Shown: piece after piece, positions 39,259 through 50,079 of the stretch
Layout of the letters: each line of letters starts with the position of its first letter
How positions within the stretch are numbered: position 1 is the stretch's first letter
Source: Ranitomeya imitator
Taxonomy: Eukaryota
Length of the DNA: 64,000 nucleotides
Assembly (NCBI RefSeq): GCF_032444005.1
Contig: NC_091287.1
Span: forward strand, 384,586,001-384,650,000
Direction of reading: 5' to 3'
Position numbers and translations under genes: made by a program
Notes under the pieces: generated by a model
Database searches by the model: none
Seen by the model: only the letters and a program-made list of their open reading frames with translations
What the model was told of the DNA's origin: nothing

Positions 39259-39718
39259 AATGTCAAAACAATGGTATTGTCAGTGCCAGGCATTGAAGGA
39301 TGTCAGCGGCTAGACTACACATTGGTGAAGCTGTGAGAGATAATTTTGCTAGTGGTAGAGCACTGTTTGAGCTGGGGGGGGGAACTGTCTTGTGGCCGGC
39401 GGTACAGGCACAGGGCCCCTCATATTACAACGGTGTGTCTGACGTTGGGTGCGCACCACCACCGCCAGAGACACTTTATTGTACTATGAGGGACCCAGTG
39501 GCAGTGCCGTCGACCAAAAGCGGCCACACCCACCTCTTCAGACAAACAGCACTCTCAAGGGTCCAAGCGCAAAGTGGCGATAGCACGGCCCCGTGTGGGG
39601 AGTTTGGCCATTTCGTGAGGTGGAAACATGTCGTATGCTGGACAATCAGGTGAAGAAAATTACGAGATTGGAAAAGTCATTCAGAATAGTCCACAGGCAA
39701 GACCTTTTCATAGGAAAG

Positions 39719-42700
39719 CTAGGTGTCAGCCGGGCAGGGTGGGGCAAAAGATTTTGAAATCCAGTTGTGGTTCATTTTAATGAAGGTTAGATCATCTACA
39801 TTTTGGGTAGCCAGACGAGTCCTTTTTTCTGTTAGTATTGAACCTGCAGCACTGAATACTCTTTCTGATAGGACACTAGCTGCCGGGCAAGCAAGCTCCT
39901 GCAATGCATATTCTGCCAATTCTGGCCAGGTGTCTAATTTGGATGCCCAGTAATCAAATGGGAATGACGGTTGAGGGAGAACGTCGATAAGGGATGAAAA
40001 ATAGTTTGTAACCATACTGGACAAATGTTGTCTCCTGTCACTTTGAATTGATGCTGCAGTACCTGTCCTGTCTGCGGTCATAGAAAAATCACTCCACAAC
40101 CTGGTCAGAAAACCCCTCTGTCCAACGCCACTTCTGATTTCTGCCCCTCTAACACCTCTGGTCTGCTGGCCCCTGGAGCTCGTGTGAGAACGATCACGGG
40201 CGCTGTGTGCAGGGAATGCCAGAAGCAAACGGTCAACAAGAGTTGATTGTTTTGTTGCTAATATTAGTTCCAAGTTCTCATGTGGCATAATATTTTGCAA
40301 TTTGCCTTTATAGCGAGGATCAAGGAGGCAGGCCAACCAGTAATCGTCATCGTTCATCATTTTTGTAATGCGTGTGTCCCTTTTGAGGATACGCAAGGCA
40401 TAATCCGCCATGTGGGCCAAAGTTCCCGTTGTCAAATCTGCGGTTGTGCTTGGTTGAGGGGCAGTTGCAGGCAAATCTACGTCACTTGTGTCCCTCAAAA
40501 AACCAGAACCCGGCCTTGCCACGCCACCAATTTCCCGTGCCCCCGGGAAAGCTTCCTCATTAAAAATATACTCATCCCCATCATCCTCCTCATCCTCCAC
40601 CTCCTCTTCGCCCGGTACCTCGTCATGTACACTGCCCTGACCAGACAATCGCTGACTGTCATCAAGGCTTTCCTCTTCCTCTGGTGCAGACGCCTGATCC
40701 TTTATGTGCGTCAAACTTTGCATCAGCAGACGCATTAGGGGGATGCTCATGCTTATTATGGCGTTGTCTGCACTAACCAGCCGTGTGCATTCCTCAAAAC
40801 ACTGAAGGACTTGACACATGTCTTGAATCTTCGACCACTGCACACCTGACAACTCCATGTCTGCCATCCTACTGCCTGCCCGTGTATGTGTATCCTCCCA
40901 CAAAAACATAACAGCCCGCCTCTGTTCGCACAGTCTCTGAAGCATGTGCAGTGTTGAGTTCCACCTTGTTGCAACGTCTATGATTAGGCGATGCTGGGGA
41001 AGGTTCAAAGAACGCTGATAGGTCTGCATACGGCTGGAGTGTACAGGCGAACGGCGGATATGTGCGCAAAGTCCACGCACTTTGAGGAGCAGGTCGGATA
41101 ACCCCGGATAACTTTTCAGGAAGCACTGCACCACCAGGTTTAAGGTGTGAGCCAGGCAAGGAATGTGTTTAAGTTGGGAAAGGGAGATGGCAGCCATGAA
41201 ATTCCTTCCGTTATCACTCACTACCTTGCCTGCCTCAAGATCTACAGTGCCCAGCCACGACTGCGTTTCTTGCTGCAAGAACTCGGACAGAACTTCCGCG
41301 GTGTGTCTATTGTCGCCCAAACACTTCATAGCCAATACAGCCTGCTGACGTATGCCAGTAGCTGCCCCATAATGGGAGACCTGGTGTGCAACAGTGGCAG
41401 GTGCGGATGGAGTGTTTGTGCGACTGCGGTCTGTGGACGAGCTCTTGCTTCTGCAGGAGGACGAGGAGGAGGAGGAGGAGGGGGTGCGAACGGCTACAGA
41501 CAACTGTTTACTAGACCGTGGGCTAGGCAGAACTGTCCCAAACTTGCTGTCCCCTGTGGACCCTGAATCCACCACATTTACCCAGTGTGCCGTGATGGAC
41601 ACGTAACGTCCCTGGCCATGCCTACTGGTCCATGCATCTGTTGTCAGGTGCACCTTTGTGCTCACAGATTGCCTGAGTGCATGGACGATGCGCTCTTTAA
41701 CATGCTGGTGGAGGGCTGGGATGGCTTTTCTGGAAAAAAAGTGTCGACTGGGTAGCTCGTAGCGTGGTACAGCGTAGTCCATCAGGTCTTTGAAAGCTTC
41801 GCTTTCAACTAACCGGTAGGGCATCATCTCTAACGAGATTAGTCTAGCTATGTGGGCGTTCAAACCCTGTGTACGCGGATGCGAGGCTAAGTATTTCCTT
41901 TTTCTAACCATAGTCTCATGTAGGGTGAGCTGGACTGGAGAGCTGGAGATCGTGGAACTAGCGGGGGTGCCGGTGGACATGGCAGACTGAGAGACGGTGG
42001 GAGATGGTATTGTTGCCGCCGGTGCCCTAGATGCAGTGTTTCCTACTACGAAACTGGTGATTCCCTGACCCTGACTGCTTTGGCCTGGCAAAGATACCTG
42101 CACAGATACAGCAGGTGGTGCGCTAAATGGTGGTCCTACACTGCCGGAAGGGATGTTGCGTTGATGACTAGCTTCATTGGCCGAGGGTGCAACAACCTTA
42201 AGGGACGTTTGGTAGTTAGTCCAAGCTTTCAAATGCATGGTGGTTAAATGTCTATGCATGCAACTAGTATTGAGACTTTTCAGATTCTGACCTCTGCTTA
42301 AGGAAGTAGAACATTTTTGACAGATGACTTTGCGCTGATCAATTGGATGTTGTTTAAAAAAATGCCAGACTGCACTCTTTCTAGCATCGGATACCTTTTC
42401 AGGCATTGCAGACTGAGCTTTAACCGGATGGCCACGCTGTCCTCCACCAGGTTTTGGCTTTGCCACGCGTTTTGGGCAAGATACGGGCCCGGCAGATGGA
42501 ACCTGTGGCGATGTTGATGCCTGCTGCGGCCCCTCCTCCTCCTCTGCTTCAGAACTGCTGCCGCCTGCACCCTGTTCCCCCAATGGCTGCCAATCGGGGT
42601 CAAGAACTGGGTCATCTAATAACTCTTCTTGTACCTCCTGCGCAACTTCGTCTGTGTCACCGTGTCGTTCGGTGGTATAGCGTTCGTGATGGGGCAACAT

Positions 42701-43294
42701 AGTCTCATCAGGGTCTGATTCTTGATCAGCACCCTGCGAGGGCAATGTTGTGGTCTGAGTCAAAGGACCAGCATAGTAGTCTGGCTGTGGCTGTGCGTCA
42801 GTGCACTCCATGTCAGATTCAATTTGTAATGGGCATGGACTGTTAACTGCTTCACTTTCTAAGCCAGGGACGGTATGTGTAAAGAGCTCCATGGAGTAAC
42901 CCGTTGTGTCGCCTGCTGCATTCTTCTCTGTTGTTGTTTTTGCTGAAGAGGACAAGGAAGTGACTTGTCCCTGACCGTGAACATCCACTAACGACGCGCT
43001 GCTTTTACTTTTACCAGTTTCACGAGATGAGGCAAAAGAGCTAGAGGCTGAGTCAGCAAGATAAGCCAAAACTTGCTCTTGCTGCTCCGGCTTTAAAAGC
43101 GGTTTTCCTAATCCCAGAAAAGGGAGCGTTCGAGGCCTTGTGTAGCCGGACGACGAACCTGGCTCCACAGCTCCAGACTTAGGTGCAATATTTTTTCCCC
43201 CACGACCACCTGATGCTCCACCACTACCACTACCCTCATTACCAGCTGACAATGAACGCCCCCGGCCACGACCTCTTCCACTAGACTTCCTCAT
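39719..43294 (-). CDS. hAT transposase with BED zinc finger, 1191 aa
   Basis: BED finger (SAVWHFF...ICQKC...MHRHLTTMH), TTDAWTS, VVSDNGRN, CLAHTLNL (CxxH), TRWNST and the dimerisation domain PAASVLSERVFSAAG. Confidence 0.95.
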   Translation of the reverse strand: MRKSSGRGRGRGRSLSAGNEGSGSGGASGGRGGKNIAPKSGAVEPGSSSGYTRPRTLPFLGLGKPLLKPEQQEQVLAYLADSASSSFASSRETGKSKSSASLVDVHGQGQVTSLSSSAKTTTEKNAAGDTTGYSMELFTHTVPGLESEAVNSPCPLQIESDMECTDAQPQPDYYAGPLTQTTTLPSQGADQESDPDETMLPHHERYTTERHGDTDEVAQEVQEELLDDPVLDPDWQPLGEQGAGGSSSEAEEEEGPQQASTSPQVPSAGPVSCPKRVAKPKPGGGQRGHPVKAQSAMPEKVSDARKSAVWHFFKQHPIDQRKVICQKCSTSLSRGQNLKSLNTSCMHRHLTTMHLKAWTNYQTSLKVVAPSANEASHQRNIPSGSVGPPFSAPPAVSVQVSLPGQSSQGQGITSFVVGNTASRAPAATIPSPTVSQSAMSTGTPASSTISSSPVQLTLHETMVRKRKYLASHPRTQGLNAHIARLISLEMMPYRLVESEAFKDLMDYAVPRYELPSRHFFSRKAIPALHQHVKERIVHALRQSVSTKVHLTTDAWTSRHGQGRYVSITAHWVNVVDSGSTGDSKFGTVLPSPRSSKQLSVAVRTPSSSSSSSSCRSKSSSTDRSRTNTPSAPATVAHQVSHYGAATGIRQQAVLAMKCLGDNRHTAEVLSEFLQQETQSWLGTVDLEAGKVVSDNGRNFMAAISLSQLKHIPCLAHTLNLVVQCFLKSYPGLSDLLLKVRGLCAHIRRSPVHSSRMQTYQRSLNLPQHRLIIDVATRWNSTLHMLQRLCEQRRAVMFLWEDTHTRAGSRMADMELSGVQWSKIQDMCQVLQCFEECTRLVSADNAIISMSIPLMRLLMQSLTHIKDQASAPEEEESLDDSQRLSGQGSVHDEVPGEEEVEDEEDDGDEYIFNEEAFPGAREIGGVARPGSGFLRDTSDVDLPATAPQPSTTADLTTGTLAHMADYALRILKRDTRITKMMNDDDYWLACLLDPRYKGKLQNIMPHENLELILATKQSTLVDRLLLAFPAHSARDRSHTSSRGQQTRGVRGAEIRSGVGQRGFLTRLWSDFSMTADRTGTAASIQSDRRQHLSSMVTNYFSSLIDVLPQPSFPFDYWASKLDTWPELAEYALQELACPAASVLSERVFSAAGSILTEKRTRLATQNVDDLTFIKMNHNWISKSFAPPCPADT

Positions 43295-43796
43295 TGTTTT
43301 AAAAACGTAACCAAACTAACGTTATTTGTTGCAGTCACACAACTTACACGGTGAGCTATAACTTCAGTATGATTTAGCTACCCCTTTACAGGTTGGTGAG
43401 ACCACAGCGAAAATCAGGCCCAATGTTACACACTCTTTTTTTGGTGGCTGCAAATTAGAGAGATGCCCCACACGCAGGACTGTCACTGAAGCACAAATGT
43501 TAATATTAATGTCACACTATTATTTTTTTTTTATTTTTATTTTTTTCAGGAACACTTTAGAAACCCCCCAAAAAAAAAAAAATAGATTTTTGCAGGGAGA
43601 ATTTAGAAAACAAATGTAACAAACTATATGCTTTCTATGGGCCACTGAGTGAGAGATGACGCACACAGGAATCAGGAGTGGCACACAAGCCCAGAGGCCA
43701 ATATTTTTCTACCAATGATTGATGTAGTTATTTTCTCTGGTAGATTTTAGAACCCAAATCAAGGAAAAAAAATATAGGCTTTCTATGGACCACAAT

Positions 43797-43835
<39 letters not shown>

Positions 43836-44176
43836 CACCCAGGAGTCAAGACTGGCACACAAGCAGAAAGGCCAATATTAATCTCCCACTGTTTTTTTGG
43901 TTGTTTTTTTTTTTTTTTTTTCAGGGAGACTTTAGAAATAAAAATAATAAAAAAAATATGATTTTATCAGGAAGAATTTAGAAACCAAATAAAATAAAAT
44001 GATTTTTTCAGGGAGAATTTAGAAAACAAATAAAACCAAAAATATGCGTTCTATGGCCCACTGACTGAGAGAGAGAGAGAGATGGAACGCTTAGTACTGG
44101 CACACAAGCCCAAAGGGCAATATTAATCTCCCTTTTTTTTTCCAGGGAGAATTTCTGAAACCCAAAAAAAAAATAA

Positions 44177-46820
44177 AATAGGCTTTCTATGGCCCACTAT
44201 TTGTGAGAGAGATGGGACGCTCAGGACTGGCACAGATGGCACGCTCAGGACTGGCACAGAAGCCCAGAGGCCAATATTAATCTCCCTTTTTTTCTGGGAG
44301 AATTTATAAAACCAAAAAAATATTTAAATAGGCTTTCTATGGCCCACTATTTGTGAGAGAGATGGCACGCTCAGGACTGGCACAGATGGCACGCTCACAA
44401 CTGGCACACAAGCCCAGAGGCCAATATTAATCTCCCTTTTTTCAGGGAGAATTTCTAAAACCCAAAAAAAAAATAAAATAGGCTTTCTATGGCCCACTAT
44501 TTGTGAGAGAGATGGGACGCTCAGGACTGGCACAGATGGCACGCTCAGGACTGGCACAGAAGCCCAGAGGCCAATATTAATCTCCCTTTTTTTCTGGGAG
44601 AATTTATAAAACCAAAAAAATATTTAAATAGGCTTTCTATGGCCCACTATTTGTGAGAGAGATGGCACGCTCAGGACTGGCACAGATGGCACGCTCACAA
44701 CTGGCACACAAGCCCAGAGGCCAATATTAATCTCCCTTTTTTCAGGGAGAATTTCTAAAACCCAAAAAAAAAATAAAATAGGCTTTCTATGGCCCACTAT
44801 TTGTGAGAGAGATGGGACGCTCAGGACTGGCACAGATGGCACGCTCAGGACTGGCACAGAAGCCCAGAGGCCAATATTAATCTCCCTTTTTTTCTGGGAG
44901 AATTTATAAAACCAAAAAAATATTTAAATAGGCTTTCTATGGCCCACTATTTGTGAGAGAGATGGCACGCTCAGGACTGGCACAGATGGCACGCTCACAA
45001 CTGGCACACAAGCCCAGAGGCCAATATTAATCTCCCTTTTTTCAGGGAGAATTTCTAAAACCCAAAAAAAAAATAAAATAGGCTTTCTATGGCCCACTAT
45101 TTGTGAGAGAGATGGGACGCTCAGGACTGGCACAGATGGCACGCTCAGGACTGGCACAGAAGCCCAGAGGCCAATATTAATCTCCCTTTTTTTCTGGGAG
45201 AATTTATAAAACCAAAAAAATATTTAAATAGGCTTTCTATGGCCCACTATTTGTGAGAGAGATGGCACGCTCAGGACTGGCACAGATGGCACGCTCACAA
45301 CTGGCACACAAGCCCAGAGGCCAATATTAATCTCCCTTTTTTCAGGGAGAATTTCTAAAACCCCAAAAAAAAATAAAATAGGCTTTCTATGGCCCACTAT
45401 TTGTGAGAGAGATGGGACGCTCAGGACTGGCACAGATGGCACGCTCAGGACTGGCACAGAAGCCCAGAGGCCAATATTAATCTCCCTTTTTTTCTGGGAG
45501 AATTTATAAAACCAAAAAAATATTTAAATAGGCTTTCTATGGCCCACTATTTGTGAGAGAGATGGCACGCTCAGGACTGGCACAGATGGCACGCTCACAA
45601 CTGGCACACAAGCCCAGAGGCCAATATTAATCTCCCTTTTTTCAGGGAAAATTGATAAAACAAAAAAAAAAATTAAATAGGCTTTCTATGGCCCACTATT
45701 TGTGAGAGAGATGGCACGCTCAGGGCTGGCTGGCACAGATGGCACGCTCAGGACTGGCACACAAGCCCAGAGGCCAATATTAATCTCCCTTTTTTTCTGG
45801 GAGAATTTATAAAACCAAAAAAATATTTAAATAGGCTTTCTATGGCCCACTATTTGTGAGAGAGATGGCACGCTCAGGACTGGCACAGATGGCACGCTCA
45901 CAACTGGCACACAAGCCCAGAGGCCAATATTAATCTCCCTTTTTTCAGGGAAAATTGATAAAACAAAAAAAAAAATTAAATAGGCTTTCTATGGCCCACT
46001 ATTTGTGAGAGAGATGGCACGCTCAGGGCTGGCTGGCACAGATGGCACGCTCAGGACTGGCACACAAGCCCAGAGGCCAATATTAATCTCCCTTTTTTTC
46101 TGGGAGAATTTATAAAACCAAAAAAATATTTAAATAGGCTTTCTATGGCCCACTATTTGTGAGAGAGATGGCACGCTCAGGACTGGCACAGATGGCACGC
46201 TCACAACTGGCACACAAGCCCAGAGGCCAATATTAATCTCCCTTTTTTCAGGGAAAATTGATAAAACAAAAAAAAAAATTAAATAGGCTTTCTATGGCCC
46301 ACTATTTGTGAGAGAGATGGCACGCTCAGGGCTGGCTGGCACAGATGGCACGCTCAGGACTGGCACACAAGCCCAGAGGCCAATATTAATCTCCCTTTTT
46401 TTCTGGGAGAATTTATAAAACCAAAAAAATATTTAAATAGGCTTTCTATGGCCCACTATTTGTGAGAGAGATGGCACGCTCAGGACTGGCACAGATGGCA
46501 CGCTCACAACTGGCACACAAGCCCAGAGGCCAATATTAATCTCCCTTTTTTCAGGGAAAATTTATAAAACAAAAAAAAAAATTAAATAGGCTTTCTATGG
46601 CCCACTATTTGTGAGAGAGATGGCACGCTCAGGGCTGGCACAGATGGCACGCTCAGGACTGGCACACAAGCCCAGAGGCCAATATTAATCTCCCTTTTTT
46701 TCAGGGAGAATTTATAAAACCAAAAAAAAAAATAAATAGGCTTTCTATGGCCCACTATTTGTGAGAGAGATGGCACACTCAGGACTGGCACACAAGCCCA
46801 AAGGCCAATATTAATCTCCC
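44177..46820. repeat. hAT-internal tandem array C, about 150-bp unit organised as about 300-bp dimers, about 18 units
   Basis: Exact 300-bp period (ORF starts 44324/44624/44924/45224). Internal GATGGCACGCTCAGGACTGGCACA sub-repeats. Confidence 0.95.
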
Positions 46821-47458
46821 ACTGTATTTTTATCAGGGAGAATTTATACACCCCACAAAAAAAAATACAGAAAAATGAAAAGGCTTTCTATGGCCCACTA
46901 TGTGAGAGAGATGGCACACACAGGGATGGCACTCTAGCAGAAATGCCAAATTGCCAATCTTAATCTCCCACCAAAAAAAAAAAAAACAGGGAATGTCCTA
47001 CAATTACTATCTCCCTGCCTGCAGTAATCTCAGCCAGGTATGGCAGGCAGCTACTATCTCCCTGCCTGCAGTAATCTCAGCCAGGTATGGCAGGCAGCAA
47101 TAAGGAGTGGACTGATGCACAAATGAAATAAAAAGTGTGGACAAACAAAAAAGATAGCTGTGCAGAAAGGAAGGAACAAGAGGATTTGTGCTTTGAAAAA
47201 AGCAGTTGGTTTGCACAGCGGCGTACACACAGCAATGCAGCTATCAGGGAGCCTTCTAGGGCAGCCCAATGAGCTACAGCGCTGAGGGGAAAAAAAAAAA
47301 AAAAAAAACTTCCACTGTCCCTGCACACCGAGGGTGGTGTTGGACAGTGCAAATCGCTGCAGCACAAGCGGTTTTGTGGTTAATGGACCCTGCCTAACGC
47401 TATCCCTGCTTCTGACAAAGCGGCAGCAACCTCTCCCTAAGCTCAGATCAGCAGCAGT

Positions 47459-47603
47459 AAGATGGCGGTCGGCGGGAACGCCTCTTTATAGCCCCTGTGA
47501 CGTCGCAGACAGCAAGCCAATCACTGCAATGCCCTTCTCTAAGATGGTGGGGACCAGGACCTATGTCATCACGCTGCCCACACTCTGCGTTTACCTTCAT
47601 TGG
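47459..47603 (-). promoter_or_regulatory. Putative Pol II promoter at the 5' end of the hAT element
   Basis: In transposase-sense order: CCAAT (47599-47603), inverted CCAAT (47517-47521), CRE-like TGACGTCG (47498-47505), CTATAAAGAGG (47481-47491) and YY1-like CGCCATCTT (47459-47467). Motif-based only. Confidence 0.45.
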
Positions 47604-47782
47604 CTGAGAAATGGCGCTTTTCGCGTCATTGAAACGCGACTTTGGCGCGAAAGTCGCGTACCGCATGGCCGACCCCGCACAGGGGTCGGATCGGGTTTCA
47701 TGAAACCCCGACTTAGCCAAAAGTCGGCGACTTTTGAAAATGTTCGACCCGTTTCGCTCAACCCTAATAATAATAATAGATA

Positions 47783-48067
47783 ATGGCTGGTGACTGTTTC
47801 ATACAGCATTATTTGAATACCCTATTTATTATATAGATGGCTGGACCATACAATACAAGCACTTATTACCATCCACCTTTCGTGTCTCCCTTATTTCTTC
47901 ATAGATTGTAAGCTTGTGAGCAGGGCACTCACTCCTCCTGGCATCTATTGAGTTATGTGTTATTCTGTTATGTCTTTATTGTCTGTACAAGTCCACTCTT
48001 TAATGTAAAGTGCTGCAGAATATGTTTTTGCTATAGAAAAATTATTATTATTATTATTATTATTATT
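47783..48067 (+). mobile_element. L2/CR1-group LINE 3' end
   Basis: Homologous to about 3630-3879, with an (ATT)n tail. Confidence 0.75.
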
Positions 48068-48527
48068 AAATGTCCCTGTTGTAAGGCAGGGACTTTCACC
48101 TCCGAGTGTTAATGAGCCAGTGACCCAAGGACGTTCAACTTAAAATGTCTTATTTGCCAGCTTAAAGAATAAATCCAAACTTTATCATCTGTTTTGGACC
48201 CAGATTGTCCATATTAGTCTGTGTAGGAGACAACTGCACCACTGTATAACGCATATGTGCAGCAATGGCTTTATTTGGTATCTGTCTCTGATCTGTGTTC
48301 AGTATAGGAAACCGTGCGCACAAGATTGCCTTGTGCAGGCGTGTACTACAAAGGACATAGAATGAACTTCAATACAATATTGCGGCCAGCATGCAGCCAG
48401 CGGGTAAGGAAAGGGTGAATCAAACACCCAAAAACTCCGCCCATATAACCGAAACCCGGTCCCGCCAAATTCAGGTGACAGGTTCCATTTAAGTGATCAA
48501 ACAGGATTTTTAATATGGTTCACTGTA

Positions 48528-48567
48528 GTAAAACATTTCGGTCTTGCTTCAGACCTTCATCAGTTAC
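48528..48567 (-). ncRNA. Minimal type I hammerhead ribozyme motif
   Basis: Minus strand GTAA-CTGATGA-A-GGTCT(GAAGCA)AGACC-GAAA-TGTT-TTAC, with perfect stems I and II. Confidence 0.7.
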
Positions 48568-48821
48568 GGTTTGCAGTGATTCAATATGACTGAGTCCGTC
48601 AATAAATTTCAGTAGTGGATCATTCGTTCAAGAGGTCTTTCAGAAATTAGGAACGGTGGTAATAGAAACGATGGTAATAGAGCCTGTATAAAGATAAATA
48701 TATAATGCTGCATGCCACAGTGGCAATTGCGAACACGGTGTCCACTGCTGGTCCTATCCTATCGAATGATCCACTACTGAAATTTATTGACGCACTCAGT
48801 CATAGTGAATCACTGCAAACC

Positions 48822-48861
48822 ATAACTGATGAAGGTCTCAAGCAAGATCGAAACGTTTTAC
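48822..48861 (+). ncRNA. Minimal type I hammerhead ribozyme motif
   Basis: ATAA-CTGATGA-A-GGTCT(CAAGCA)AGATC-GAAA-CGTT-TTAC, with a palindromic AACGTT stem III. Confidence 0.7.
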
Positions 48862-50079
48862 TACAGTGAACCATATTAAAAATCCTGTTTGATCACTTAA
48901 GATGAGTGCCGGCCAGGTTTACTTAATATATGATCTGTGTTCAGTCTCACACTGACAGCCATACACAAAACCTCCCACTCTGATCCTTGCAAAACCAACT
49001 CTGACCAACCCAACCCTTACCTGAAAGTTTAAATGGGAATCATAGACATGGGCTACCTTCCTACAAATCTCTCCAAAAATAAAAACCCATGTCAGGTTTT
49101 CCTAAATCTGACTTAGTCAATTAGCTATACCAAGTCCACTCCCACTAACATTTTGTATTGTAACCACAGCTGTGGTTGTCATTACAATGCTCTCCAGCGG
49201 GTTCATTATGTTTCTTTGTACATTCTGGGGGACACAATTCAACCCCGTATATGATTCTGATTACTGCCTCACATTGTGTAGTAAGAACATTTATTTCAGA
49301 CTGCCAGTGAGAAAAGAACCATCTAGTCCTTGATAGACTTACAACCCTACTCTTGCACCATCAACACCATGTATACATTAAGGTCTTGGATAAGCTTCAC
49401 TTTTTTAAGGGTCTGGCTTTTTTGCATTTGGTGAAGCATGTGGTGAGGAATGAGCATGTCTATGGTTATGTTTTATGCTTGTATATTGTCTGAAGGAAAG
49501 GAATTACTGAAGGAAAAGTAAGGATAAGAAGAGGAGAGAGGGTCAGGGAACTTGCAACTTAGCAGTAAATTCGACCAAATGAGGCTGAGTCCAATTAGTT
49601 GCAGGTGGGTGCCAGTCCCGCTGGTGAGCATAGAAACTTTGCTCTTTTACAGACGATTAAAGATGTGAATAAATTTACCAGACTCCTAATGGTTAAGAGA
49701 CTTTTTTTTCTGAATTGAACACGCAGGATGCACCGCAAGCAACATGCTCTTCCTCCACTATAGATACAGCGTCACTTTCCTTCAAGGGACATAAAACCAC
49801 TTTAATTTTGTCATCTCTGCAGGATCAGAATTTGAACTTGGCCTTCCTACAGGATGAAGATGTTAGAATTACACCACAGAACTTTTCTTATTACACTATT
49901 CAATCCAGGGCCCCGTCTCTTGATTTGTTTCAATCCTTGGTCGAGAGAGACTTGAGACTATTATGTGAATGTGCCAATATCTCTCAACATCATAAAAACT
50001 TAACTAGCCTACAATACAAAGCCATTGGTGAATTAAAAAAATAACCTAAATCTCACCATCAAGCAGTTGTACAAGGGTG

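Larger units (their letters stand above)
33018..47766 (-). mobile_element. Full-length 14.7-kb autonomous-type hAT transposon
   Basis: TIRs TAGAGTTGAGCG / CGCTCAACCCTA (1 mismatch), perfect 8-bp TSD ATAATAAT (33010-33017, 47767-47774), and an intact transposase ORF. Confidence 0.95.
48489..48900. repeat. 138-bp inverted repeat (48489-48626 / 48763-48900), Penelope pseudo-LTR-like
   Basis: The arms are reverse complements with a few mismatches, and each contains a hammerhead motif. Confidence 0.9.

Noticed and set aside
44324-45457. Four near-identical 77-aa ORFs
   Set aside because: They are produced by the 300-bp period of array C and have no protein-like features.
34104-46820. Long regular arrays as a CRISPR-like system
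   Set aside because: The units are whole tandem repeats without unique spacers, there are no cas genes, and the context is a eukaryotic hAT.
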